A stretch of 64,000 bases of DNA, taken from the NCBI GenBank assembly GCA_043228905.1, contig JBHGNT010000014.1, forward strand, positions 13,702,001-13,766,000, read 5' to 3'. How positions within the stretch are numbered: position 1 is the first letter of the stretch; every line of letters starts with the position of its first letter. The notes beneath the pieces were generated by a model, which saw only the letters and a list, made by a program, of their open reading frames with translations, was not told the origin of the DNA and did not search any database. Source of the DNA: Azolla caroliniana (lineage: Eukaryota > Plantae > Polypodiophyta). Positions 10,647 through 23,000 of this stretch are shown here, one piece after another. Position numbers and translations under genes: made by a program.

Positions 10647-13600
10647 TGTATACATCCCCCCGAAGGCATAGTTGGAATAGAGACGGACTTGAAAAAATAA
10701 AGATATAATGCAATGTTATTATTGTGTAATACAAACACTAATTTCCTCAAGTCTCTATGACATAATGTTTCTTGTGTAATTGGTGTGTAGTGATGTATCT
10801 AACTTGTGTTCTCACATTATGTTATGTTGTTCACTTAATCGTTCCTTTAGAATCAAGCTTTGGTTAAGCGCAATGTGTGCACAATGAGGCTAAAGGTAAG
10901 AGGTATGAAGACAATATCTCCAAGGGGATCATCACGTATGGTTCCCTTCTAGGCAACATGGGAAGTAGAAAGATCTTCGGATAAGCTTAAATAACTTTTT
11001 TGTTATTTGACAAGTCATGCCTATCAGTTTGTAAAGATAAGCATCAAGCCGACAACCTTTAGGTTAAAGTAAATAAACTTTCGCCCATTGAGCAAGAAAG
11101 GATATATAAATAATTAAATAGAATCAAGATAAGAAGAAATAGATAGTTGTATTATAAGTTGAAGGGGTTTTTGTTCATAGGTAGAAATTCTAATAGGATG
11201 TTCAATAGTATACGTATTTAGTCCCCTCCTCCCCACTTTACATGGTAATGAGTTCCCATCTATAGGAGTTCTCATGCAAAGCTATTGCGAGGGAATGCCA
11301 CAGTTGACAGTCATGCTTTAATTTTGTTTGAGTACATTTATATGCTTTAATAATTATCTACATTCTATGCAAACTTCTAATGTTTATAATTTCTACCATA
11401 GTGGCACTTAGAATTTTTAATTATGTATAGTATAGATGCAAGGAGCTATATAAATATCAATTGTTTAGTTTACATTCACAAGAATTTTAACAGTATTATA
11501 AAATTTGAAAAAGTGCATGTTTTAGACAATGGATCTTAAAATATGAAAAACATGAAATTTACCATATGTCATTGGCAACGTGACATTGCCTTATCTATGA
11601 CATTGCCTTATCAATGGGTAATCTAGCATCTGAAGTTTTATTGAGTCTCAAGGTTGGGCTCTTATCTCCTCCGTTTGGAACCTTATCCATAAATGAGTAA
11701 TATAGGGGGCTACTAGAAAATAGATTTACAAGATTTACTATTGTTTTGGTGGTGTTTACCAACTTCTATCTCTCCATTATGTTGTTAATTGAGTTACATG
11801 TCACCAAAAAATTTGAATAGGCGATAGTGATGCTACTTTCTCATGAAGCCATACTTGTATGATGTATCATTAAGTACGATGGTATGGTTTAAGTTCCAAT
11901 CGTTTTGTATCATAAAGCATGTGAAACAACTTATTGTTAAGGTCATTTTTGGGTTTTTGTGTTGAGCGAAAGCATTGGAGAATCCGCCACTCATTTAGCT
12001 ATTGTGCAATAGTCCAAGCCTGCCTCGGATGAAAGTTCTCCAAAGTGACTCATTTTTTTCATCATTGTTTAAGATATTATGATACTCTAATCCATCACAA
12101 TGGTGGAATCTTCTCCTTTCGTCCTACTACTCCACTAAAGGCAACACTCAACCCACTTCATAATATTTCCAATGTTTTCCTTTTCTCAATAACATTGATG
12201 GAAACATGGGCGATCTTCCATATAAGAAGCTCCAATTTTAAAGGTTTTGTGAAGAATAACTTAACAAATATACAAGGGAAGTATGTGTTTTTTTAATATA
12301 AGTAACGATTCTCTTTCAAGATCTTTCATTGTTTTGACAAAGGGTAAATGGAATGCATGTTTTTACGAGATAATTTGCTTCTTTTTAAATCTTTGCTTTC
12401 TCTTGAAGTACGACATTCTCTTTATAAACTCTCCTTCAAAACTTATTGTCTAGTAATTACTTTCTTCCAAATCTCCAAGTATCAATCCATAAATTATCAA
12501 TACATATCCAAACAAAGTCCAAATGCACGAGATTGTGCCTTGCATGTGAAGTCTTATTTTTTAAATGTATCAATTTGGTCAATTCTTTGTAGAGCAATGA
12601 ATAGGTCATACTCCATAATCTTGTTGTAAGTCCATACTTAGGTTTGTAACATATTGAGGATAATGCTACCATTTGATGCTACTTCAGTATTTACCACAAC
12701 AATCTCACATTTCTTGCAATCAAAGTCACTAGCCTAATTGGTGGAATTTTTTGCATTTTATCTGAAATCCTGGTGCACGCCTTGTATGGAGCCCCATTTT
12801 TATATGCCTTCTATTTCAATGACCCCACCAATTTGATCTAATGAATTATTCATACTAAATTGGCCTTTATTTATCATATAAAAAAACTTTATTAGCTGGA
12901 GGTTCCTAAAGATTGATTGTTTACCGGTCAACTACAACTTCATCTAACAAATTGTAGTTTATGGACATGAGGTTGCCTTAAAAGTTAACAGTCCAGGATG
13001 TTCTCTATCTTGAAATTTTAACATGAGTATATATATGTATTAATGAATAAAATTGGTAAGAGAATATGGCATATTGTGTTAATCAACAAAAAGTCTCATT
13101 AAATGTAGATTCATATTTTGCAAGAGTTTACATCTTCAAGGAGTAGGACGAAGAATCTTCTAGCCACCAACAAGAACGCTTACAAGGTAGGAGATTGTTA
13201 TCCTCATTCCTCATTATCAATAATATTCAAATCATCTCAGCATTATGGATAGATAGTGAGTTTGCTATTCAAGACTAAACTTGGCTTCTAACATGAGTGT
13301 GTTATCAAAGATCAATACATTATGAAGATACATCGTCCATGGACAAGTCTAGTCATATGCTTTATGTGTGTGAATGGGCCATGGACACAAGTAAATGTTC
13401 ACATAATATATATGTATATATGGTCACATTTTTTAAAGTGAGAAAAGGGGGGCAAAGGGCAAAGCAACACGATTTAGCAAATGTTGACACTTTTGGGTAT
13501 CATCACCTTTGTCATTCCTTGTGTGCAATGAGCTTTTTGTGGTGTTCTTGCTTTGTCCAGTTTAATAACGTTGGACCTTTTTTATTTACAAATGGTGGAT

Positions 13601-14391
13601 AGTTTTCTGGACTGGTTCTAGTGTTTTATCACTCCTAGAAGATTTTCCATGTTGAAAATTGTGGCGCATTCTGCATTCTTTTTTATGTGGGTGTTGTTTT
13701 TCATAAATAAGTAATGTCATAACATTTTTGTTTTCTAATCAAGATAAGTAAAGTTGAAGGAAAAAAATCCCACGACTCAAGATAATGTTCATTATTCAGA
13801 TGTGTCAAGGTCACCTAATGGATCGACTCAAATATAAGGAAATATGGCCTACCTCTTAGATTAACATTTCCATCACATAAACCACATGTGGTCTACTACA
13901 TTAAAATTTTGCATCACATAAAGTCGTAAGAGACGTCTTCATCGTCTCAACAAAATGCACCTTCGTTGTTCGTTTATCACCGTCTAGGTCAAATGCATAT
14001 TCCTTGATCGATAGAACATATGTGGTGAGGTCCACTAATTGAGAGACTTGAAGATGGTGTCCAATCATTTGATTCGACAAGTCTACGAGGAGGGGAAATT
14101 GAATGTGATGATGAAATCCATTTCTCTTACATATTTCCCATTCGTGTCTAGCTCATTTCATCAGAATTCTCTATAACCATAATTCTTTGTTGCGATACTC
14201 ACCCACATCAACTTCAAAGTTTCATAGATGGTAGTAAAATTGAAAATTGTCAACGGGCATCACACGCACATTGGGTCTGCCTAGCTCAGATTGAAGGGCA
14301 CAAACGCTCATGGTCAATGGGCATCAATCGTGTTGAATGTTCATCCAAATTTAGATATTTAAAAGTAAAAGTGTACTTTTAGCTCATCGAG

Positions 14392-14436
14392 TCAGCCTAG
14401 CTCAAATGGAAGAGCACAAGGCTCTAAACTATCGTG
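14392..14436 (+). pseudogene. Degenerate tRNA-Lys-like 5' half (tRNA pseudogene or SINE head)
   Basis: GCCTAGCTCAAATGGAAGAGCACAAGGCTCTAAAC resembles the plant tRNA-Lys(CTT) 5' half; a weaker copy lies near 14275-14310; no T-arm. Confidence 0.4.
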
Positions 14437-14574
14437 ATTAACATGTGGATGGAGAAATGAGGAACATTCATTGGACATCAATATTTGGACACAATGAATG
14501 ATCTAGTTCTGGTAAGCTATATAGTGACAACCCAATGAAGCATTGTGTCTTTTGTGGGTTTGGCAAGATTGTAA

Positions 14575-14884
14575 CAAGGAAGCGGCGCAACCTCTTCAGT
14601 TTTTGCTTAACCGATTTGGCATTGTCCAAACCAAACTGGTTAAGCCTTAACCAGTATGGGAGTTTTCAAACTTGAACCAAACCAACTCCTAAACCGGTTA
14701 AGCCTAAGACACTTCAATCAAACCAATTAGCTTTTTAACCGGTTTGGGACCTGGTTTAGCCCAAAACGGTTCAGTTTGGCTTGAGGCATTCCAAACTGAG
14801 CTCAAACCGCTAAATCATTCAATCATTTTTAAAACAGTTTGACGGCTCGATTCAGGCTTAAGCGGAGCCGATGCCTGACTCCTA
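14575..14884. mobile_element. hAT-like MITE, 310 bp
   Basis: 8-bp TSD GATTGTAA (14567-14574) / AATTGTAA (14885-14892); dense AACCG, AAACC and TTAAGCC subterminal repeats; ends GACTCCTA. Confidence 0.7.
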
Positions 14885-15118
14885 AATTGTAACTCAAATC
14901 ATTCCATATATTATTAACAAAACACTCTATTAAGCAAAGACTTTACATACATTAATGAGAAGAAAAACAAATGCACTGCCTCTTTCCTTGGGCATTCATC
15001 CTTGCATAGAGAGCTAGGATCCAATGAATGCTATATGTCCCATTACCCACACACACACACACACATATGTGGGGGGGTCGGGGACACGAGCTCCTCGGAT
15101 CACACGTCTCTTTCTTTC

Positions 15119-17026
15119 TCACTCGTATTCGAGCCGAATCTTATCGACGGAGACGGGGATGGACGTGTCGGTACGTTGCACGATGGTGACGGAGAAGTCA
15201 TCGTCATCCTCGATCCCGAGCTCGTTGAGGACCCCACCAATCCCGATCCGGAAGTTGGACTTGCGTAGCTTCTTCTTGTGGCCGTCCCCGCCCATCTTGT
15301 GGCCAAGGCGCGGGACATTGAAGAAGGAGCCAGCGTACTCAGGCACGTCGCAACCCGCTTTCTCCGCCTCGGGTCCAGGCAAATTGATGTACACGTCGAA
15401 CTTCACCCTCTCATCTGTCGGCACCTCCACCCCCTCCAGCACCAGGATCTCCTCGTCGAAGTCCGATTCCTTCACCTTCCGGCCCCGCCTCACGAGCGAG
15501 CTCACGATCTTCTCCAGCTTCCGCTCCACCCGCTCCTTGTACTCCTTCAGGTCGGCCTTGAACTCCTTCAGCTCAGCCTTGATCTTGTCCCGGAGCTTAC
15601 CGGCCATGGCGGGGGGCGGCACGCCACCGGCGGGGCCGGAATTGAGCGCCGCCGCATTCGCCACCGATGAAGATGATCGGGTGAGCCAAGCATTAGGCAC
15701 GTCCTGGTATCTGTATGCGAGCTTAGCAGGATCTAGGGCATCTCCGATCCGAACCCTAACCAGATTGGCCTTCTCGTCGTAAAAGAGGAAAGTGGCATTC
15801 AGGTAATCGGGATCGGTAAGGTCGGTGCGGCGGCCGCCCTGCGATTTCCAGACCTCCCACAGCCGGTCGATGTTGGCATGGTGGGCGAAGAAGATGGGAT
15901 CTCTGCTGGCGGAGTAGAGGGTGCCCATGTCTTCGTCGTTAGGGTTTGCAGGGTTCCCTGTCCATATGTGGACGGTGCCGTGCGGCACATTCTCCACCGT
16001 CCCGCCGCCGGGGGCGGCGGCGGCGCCCTGGCGGTAGGCCTGGCCGAAGAAGAGCGACGGCGTCTTGGAGTTGGTGACCAACTGGCGGTACATGATGCTG
16101 TTGTTGGCGGCGAGCTGGGCGGCGGGGCTGAGGTTGTTCTCGGTGAAGTTGAAATTGAGGTTCACGACTTTGGGCGGCAAGTGGGCGGGGTTGCGATTGG
16201 CGTCGTAGAGCGGGTTCGGGTTTGCGCCGCCGCTGCCGGAGGAGGCGGCGGCGTAGATCGGCGGGATGGTGTAGCCTGAGGCGGCGTCCCAGTTCCAGAA
16301 AGGAATGGCGAAGGTGTCGTCGCCGATGAGCGACGCCAGGATGCGCTCGTGGAAGTAGAGGTACCAACGGTGCCAGGGGAAGAAGAGCCAGGAGTTGTGG
16401 ACCTGGTACTCGATGGTGGTGCCGTTCTCGTCGTAGGCGGCGTCGCAGAAGGCGCAGTGGACGTTGGCCTGCTGGGAGTAGGCGCGCGGGTCGGTGGAGG
16501 GGAGCTGGCGGAGGAGCTGGACGGCGCGGGCGTACTTGGCGGTGTAGGCGGCGTCGACGGCGTGGGCGGAGGGGCGGAGGCGGAGGGGGAGGGTTGTGGG
16601 GAGGATGAAGTCGGTGATGGTGGGGGAGACCGGGAGGCAGCAGTCGACGGCGGGGGCGCCGTTGCCGGGGTCGATGGGCGTCTCGCATTGACGGAGGTTG
16701 GGGGGCTGGACGGGGGCGGCGTAGGCGGTGGCGGCGTTCCAGGGGCTGTAGCTGCCGCTGGGTAAGGCCACGCCGGCGGCCAGGGCGGCGCCTCCTCCTG
16801 CTAGCACGTGGCGCCTTCCGGCGGCGGCGGCGGCGGCGGGGCGCGTCGGCGGCTCCTCCGCGGGCGAGTCGAGGTGCTCAGGAGGGGAGGAGGCGGCCAG
16901 TATGATGCGGCGGCGGCGGCGCAGGCGGTGGTGGCGGGGAAGGAGGAGAAGAGATGGGGCGGAGGCGGAGGACTGGTGGCGCCACGGCGGCGCGATGGCC
17001 GCGGACAATGTAATGGCTTCCATCAT
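15119..17026 (-). CDS. PPO: Plastid (thylakoid lumen) polyphenol oxidase, intronless, 635 aa
   Basis: Transit peptide and twin-arginine RRHVL signal; CuA HCAFC...HNSWLFFPWHRWYLYFHE; CuB HGTVH...DPIFFAHHANID; AWL (DWL-like), KFDVYIN and EYAGSF motifs. Confidence 0.97.
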   Translation of the reverse strand: MMEAITLSAAIAPPWRHQSSASAPSLLLLPRHHRLRRRRRIILAASSPPEHLDSPAEEPPTRPAAAAAAGRRHVLAGGGAALAAGVALPSGSYSPWNAATAYAAPVQPPNLRQCETPIDPGNGAPAVDCCLPVSPTITDFILPTTLPLRLRPSAHAVDAAYTAKYARAVQLLRQLPSTDPRAYSQQANVHCAFCDAAYDENGTTIEYQVHNSWLFFPWHRWYLYFHERILASLIGDDTFAIPFWNWDAASGYTIPPIYAAASSGSGGANPNPLYDANRNPAHLPPKVVNLNFNFTENNLSPAAQLAANNSIMYRQLVTNSKTPSLFFGQAYRQGAAAAPGGGTVENVPHGTVHIWTGNPANPNDEDMGTLYSASRDPIFFAHHANIDRLWEVWKSQGGRRTDLTDPDYLNATFLFYDEKANLVRVRIGDALDPAKLAYRYQDVPNAWLTRSSSSVANAAALNSGPAGGVPPPAMAGKLRDKIKAELKEFKADLKEYKERVERKLEKIVSSLVRRGRKVKESDFDEEILVLEGVEVPTDERVKFDVYINLPGPEAEKAGCDVPEYAGSFFNVPRLGHKMGGDGHKKKLRKSNFRIGIGGVLNELGIEDDDDFSVTIVQRTDTSIPVSVDKIRLEYE

Positions 17027-17086
17027 GGTTATGGCCGCGGCGGTGGCTGGTGGTGGTGGCGGTGGCGCTTCTTATTTACTGTCGTT

Positions 17087-17091
<5 letters not shown>

Positions 17092-17122
<31 letters not shown>

Positions 17123-17340
17123 ATGTAAGTGAATGAATAGTGAGTCGCATGAAATATGTGTACACAACACATACATACTTATATAGATGTGTACATATGC
17201 GTACATACATACCTATATACGCATGTATGTATGTGTATATTATACGGATACACATAGCATTATGTGTGTGAACTTTAGTCGTCCGTTTACACACATACAT
17301 ACATACATGCATGCATTGAGTGAGTGAGTGAGTGAGTGAT
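17092..17340. repeat. Microsatellite cluster (GA)n, (TACA)n, (GAGT)n upstream of PPO
   Basis: Visible directly in the sequence. Confidence 0.85.
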
Positions 17341-17434
17341 TGACTGTAAATTGAATTCTACATATTTATCAATTCATTCACATTCATCAAACCTCCTTCC
17401 TTATCCACACACTCGAAGACCAGTCCACTCCCAC

Positions 17435-17595
17435 TAGGAGTCTACGAATTCGGCAACGGCTCAGTTCAAGCCTAACACCGAGCCCTTTAAACCTTCTTCC
17501 TTTTTTAAATGGTTTGGCGATTTGGCTCGGCTCGGTTCAGGCTTCAGCTTCGTAACTGGTTTCGTTTGAACAATACCAAAACGATTCATGCCCAA
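17435..17595. mobile_element. Partial hAT-like MITE related to 14575-14884
   Basis: Starts TAGGAGTC...GGCAACGGCTCAGTTCAAGCC with GGCTCGG repeats; right end unclear. Confidence 0.5.
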
Positions 17596-18272
17596 TGCCA
17601 ATACAGAAAGTATGGATCGTTTTTTTTTTTCAAGACACGTCCACACAAAAATATTTGGTGCCAAATTTGAGCTAGAAATCGTGGGAGGACAAAAATGTAC
17701 ATTTGCACATGTGGGTGTCTATGGAGAACAATTAGTGTTTTACAATTACACGGCATTATTGTTAGATATAGATCATGTATGTGGTGAATTGGAAGCACAC
17801 ATTATCACATCCTATGTATATGTTAGGATAATGAGATTTACTCAAGGAACCCCATGTTTATAGTATATGGGACAAAACTATCAAATGAATTCATAAGGTT
17901 ATTTTCTTGCATGACCAACATGATTATATTAAAAAGTGTAAGAATCGAAATTTCCCACGATGTTATTTACCATTTTGCTTCTCAATTGTAAAAACACAAT
18001 AAAGCCGTATGAAGAACTAAACGACATGATTTACATTAGGATTGTTTTCAAGCACCCAAAAACTCAATGATGCGTAGAGGTCCATAATTCATGTGAGGTA
18101 TTGCATTTGGTTACGTTCTTTGACACATCATTATGATTATTTACATTAGATTTTTTGCTTTATCCCTAATGAACTTTTTGTCATATTCAATCTCATAAAT
18201 ATCTTTTTTCTAGGGTCATATTAAGTTTAAAGGACACTCGTTATGAAAAACGATGTCCGAAGGGAAATCTTA

Positions 18273-18480
18273 AATCAAATGAAAAACGTGGTTTGCAATC
18301 ATGAATGTGAAAAGTAAGATTATGTATTTGTGTAACAACTCTAAAATCAATTTTCAGGCTTTACTTAATACCAAGGAATCAAATGAAAAACGTGGTTTGC
18401 AATCATAAATGTGAAAAGTAAGATTGTGTATTTGTGTAACAACGCTAAAATGAATTTTCAGGCATTACTTAATACCAAGG
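18273..18480. repeat. 104-bp tandem duplication
   Basis: AATCAAATGAAAAACGTGG...TAATACCAAGG starts at 18273 and 18377. Confidence 0.9.
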
Positions 18481-20022
18481 TTGGAATCATGATCTCCACA
18501 CTCCTAACAAAACCAATTGCTACATTTGTTTTGATGATATATGTAGTAAAGAATTATAAGCTTGTTGTGTATACCTAAAATGTATCCAGTCCAATTGTTT
18601 GACCTAAAATATTGTAGAAAGCACATGCAAAAGGTGTATTATCAAGGTTTGCCTGATCAATGTTTTGTGTGCCATCAGTTTTGTGCAATACGTACTTTAA
18701 TGCTAAAATTTAGTCGCAAGCTATAGCCAAAGAATTATTGTAAGATAACCAACTATATATAAGTTGGGCATGGCAAATCTCACATTCGATTTTCACAAGT
18801 TTAGAATGCATCATTGCAATTGTTTAGGTTTGGAAATCCTCTGAACCATAAGGCAAATGAGCCAAATTATTTAAGAATTATATTCCCATTTACAGGACTT
18901 CATATGGATAATTGTGCATCATGTTTCATATTAATATATGACATGATTCAAACCAACGGAAACCAAACCATTTGATTGCATATTTGTGAGATCCACTAGA
19001 GACCAACTGCAATCTATGAGAGGTGGCTTAACCCATTGTGAAGATCGAACTAGGGATGTCTAAATTGTATGCATACAAGAGAGAGAGAGAGAGAGAATGA
19101 TTTATTACCGACATCAAAGACCCATGAATCCAAATAGAAACATTTGCACATCGTGTATGGAGTCTGGTGAGTGACTCTTAATATTCACAAATTTTACTAC
19201 TAATGTTGCAATTGAGAGTGCACATTCCAAGATATAGAGAAATGTGTGTTTAGATCAATCACAAAAAAAAGTTTGAGGAAACCGAGCTCAAACTTTACTT
19301 CAGGAAGTTGAAGCATTTGAACTAGAGTGTGTGATCTTCACATTTGCAATTTTGTTTGGGTAGGAATATGTGCATAATCAAAATGGCCTTCTCACCAATG
19401 TTCCACTTCACCGTCCCAAATTGAAGAGAATGAGAGGAGGTTAGGCATGCATAAAAAAACAATGGTCGTCCTCTCCCTTTCTTGAGTTAGTGGGCCTCCA
19501 CATAAGATGAAACTATCGAGTCCCTTTTGGGATTTGTATATAACATTCACAATTGTCAAATTTTATAACCAATGGAAACAATGTGGTTGCCTTTTAAAAC
19601 GTGATGTGGGTGCATCTTTTAATGAACTTACACGCACATGGGAGTTCCAATAATGATTTGGCTTGCAAAAAGCCTCATCAGAAACTAAATATGTTATTTT
19701 TTGCTCTATTTTTCGTTTCATCCTCGGGCCTCTATTCCATATCACTCTCCATGCCCATGTTCTCGATGAGAAGTGATCCAAATTAAGAATAGGAGGTGAC
19801 GTTTGCATCTTCAATTTAAGAAACTAAAGTAGAAAACAATTTTGGACATTTTCAATTTTTTATTAAGTGGACTTTGAGAAGGGCCACCCTAATTTCAACC
19901 CAATAAAGGAGCACTAATTATCATCGAAGTATTAAACAAGTAGTATTGGCAACCGATAGTTTGATCTCTCCGCAATTGCACATGCTCTCAAATGTATAGT
20001 AAGTCTTCCTCATTTCTAACTT

Positions 20023-20026
<4 letters not shown>

Positions 20027-20072
<46 letters not shown>
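20027..20072. repeat. (AG)n microsatellite
   Basis: About 23 AG units. Confidence 0.95.
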
Positions 20073-20077
<5 letters not shown>

Positions 20078-23000
20078 GGGTTACATTTCTCATATTTGGC
20101 AAGTTTTGTCACGTTGTTATTTGAGACCAAGACAATGGATATTTACACCAATTTATACAAGTCAACTTGAAATCAAAGACGACGATCATTTTCTTTTTAT
20201 TTGAGATATTAGGGATTGCGTCATAAGTGGGACATGTGTAAGGCATCAATATTTGATGGTAGACATGGAGTTAGAGCATATCTGTGAAAGCTGGAGGGAG
20301 GATTGATATGTGACAATTTTGTTTGTGGAAAGCTGTGTTAATCTTGCCTATTGGAAATTGAACATGCCGCACCACCCATGTAGCAGTAACAAAACTCTAT
20401 TGTTGTATTATTATAGTGTTTGAAAAGTGTTTTTCAAACACATTAATATACAGAATTGTGTGTTTTCACTAAAGAGATAGAGAATTGTTATGGTTGCAAA
20501 TGTGTTTACTTCATGAGTCCTTTCAAATATTTATTTTCAAACACAGAACTATGAGGGTAATGGAGGGTGATTCGTTTCTCATGTTGAATTTCATAGATGT
20601 ATTTGTCATGTCTTGTTATTTCCTTGAATGTGTCTTTACATGTTAGGTATTTTTGAGTGTTGTAATCTTGCTATTTGCTTTACTTGGCATCCTTGTTCCA
20701 TTTGGTTGGGTTGACATCAACATGCATGATTTGATGTATGCCATCAATACAATACCAAGATGTAGCTAAAGTTGCGTGTTGCTACATTCCATTGGTTAAA
20801 CCATTTACATGTGCCACAACTAGAAAAGAGAATTTTGCTTTTATTTATCTTCTCCATGTTGTTGCTAGAACTCAAGGATAAGAAATAGAGCAATTTCTTT
20901 TTTCTTTTTCTTTCTTTTTTTCCAAAAAAACAACTCCTTCCATTAGTAATAAAAATTTACAAATGAGATCATCATGTACAAATCCCTATAGGGACGCAAT
21001 AGTTCCATCTTATGTGGATGCCCATTGACTCAAGAAAGGGAGAGGACGACTATTGTTGGATGAAGGCTATTCGTTGTCTTTCAACTCCATCGGAGCCGCC
21101 CTTGAGGCCATGATATTGGCTCTTTATAGTGGCTACAATTTCACTCCATATCTCTAGCAATAACATTGTTGGATGCGCAATTTGGTTGGAGAAGACCCGT
21201 CTACACCATTGTTTCTATAGAATCCAAAGAGTTATTGGGCTGACCAATTCCAACACAACTTGAGATTTGTCATTAAGAGGAGTTGAGTGGCCATTACCGC
21301 TGGTGGAGAAAAAAACCTCTTGTGCTTTTATCACCAAAGTCATCCCCTCCTCTTGATGCTCGTATCTGCCAACTGGGGTTTGCCATAATAGCCAACATAT
21401 ATTTTCCCACTCATTTGCAATCATTTGCTTGTTAAGTTGTTTGTGCAAATGAATTCTAGGTGCTAGTTCTTAGAGGTTTGATAAGAATAAAGATTCTCAC
21501 AATTGTAGTTGGGTTAGCAAGGAGTTTTTGTGCCATCATGTTGCTTTTAATGTATTCGCTACTTTTGAGAGACATAGAGAGAGAGAGAGATTTGGAGGTT
21601 GTGCCACTTTTTTGTCAATGTCCTAAGGCCTAGTTCATCTAAAAGTAAGGCTACTTTCTAGTAATAAGGAAACCACTCTCACGAATGTGAGTGGATTAAA
21701 CAAAACAAAGGAGGTCTTCTACACAACTTTTAAAAGTTTTAGAGAGAGATCAAGGAAAAAGATGCGTGTGTGAGGGTGTAATGTCTCACAATAACAATAA
21801 TCTAAAACATCAAAGCCAAAAGCAAGCAGGAGAGAGGAAAGGGGACATACAAAAGGTAGAAAATGGAAGTGATTTTTTATGCTTCATCAAGGCTACCCAC
21901 AACTTTGTTGATATCGTTAACACATAAGCAAATGTTATTGAAAAAGGCAAACGATAAGATTAACTAAAGAGAATGCAATGGGTTTGAGGTAAAAAAAGGG
22001 TGAAAGATAGTATTACTTGTGAAAATGCATTCATTAATGAGCTCACATTAATAAAATGCTCTTAATGTACAATCTGCATTCATAAGTGAGTTCCTATATT
22101 AATACCATACCTTCATGAATAATAACGACTTTTCGGTATTGCTATAGCCTATAATTGCAAAATTATGCGGCAATTGCAGAACTATTGCTTTTCATTATAA
22201 TCATGCCACTAACCACGTGAATCACGATTATAACATTTAGTCCCATTGATTTGGAGAATGCAAATTATATCATGGGATTAGTACTTCTCTCTCGAGTTTC
22301 ACAATACCCAATTGATTGTCATTAGATTAGAGGCAATAATCATAATTAGATTCTTTGTGTGCTTCACTAGTGTAATATGTTCATTATTATGATTTATTGA
22401 CAATGTACGCACCATTAGGGGCCATCCATTTTACGAGTAATGCAATTAAGGTGGTGAATTATTCATTGCCATTAGCAACATTAATGACGATGCAATCATG
22501 ACTAGTTATAGTTCTTGTAAAAAGGGTGTCCTAACGTTCTATTTTCATGTTTGGGGCTGTTAAACTCCACACCAATGATACTTCATGATACGGACAAAGA
22601 GATGAATGGAAGTGATTAAGAAAGAAATGTTATAATAATGTCCAATTAAAGTAGATAGATGACTAAATGGCGACGTACACCAATGTGCAACTTAGCAACC
22701 GACAACAATGGCGTGAAGTACAAATCCTTAGTTTGTTCAATGAGGTTTCCTCTTATGCATAGACTTACCCCAATACATGTGTTCATGGACTACATGCATT
22801 AACACCATGCGACCTACCACATAATAAAGTCAAGAGATTAGTTGGTGCTTGTTCGTACCAATCACTACCCTTGGATAAGGTCGTTCCATGGATTATTTAT
22901 AAGTGAATTATTTGGATGTTAATATTTAGTTGGTCTAATTTTGTTGTGTATGTGAAAAAACATGAACCTTGGTCAGCATTTAAAAAGCTCCGTTTATGAC

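Noticed and set aside
11500-13300. Possible decayed DNA transposon coding sequence (also 21000-26200)
   Set aside because: Looks like eroded coding DNA, but I could not identify diagnostic motifs; needs a translated search.
15024-16765. Long overlapping ORFs of 130-252 aa over PPO
   Set aside because: Expected shadow ORFs of a very GC-rich CDS, with no recognisable motifs.
14575-17595. PPO carried in a composite hAT transposon
   Set aside because: The left MITE has its own 8-bp TSD and the right one is partial; no shared outer TSD was found.
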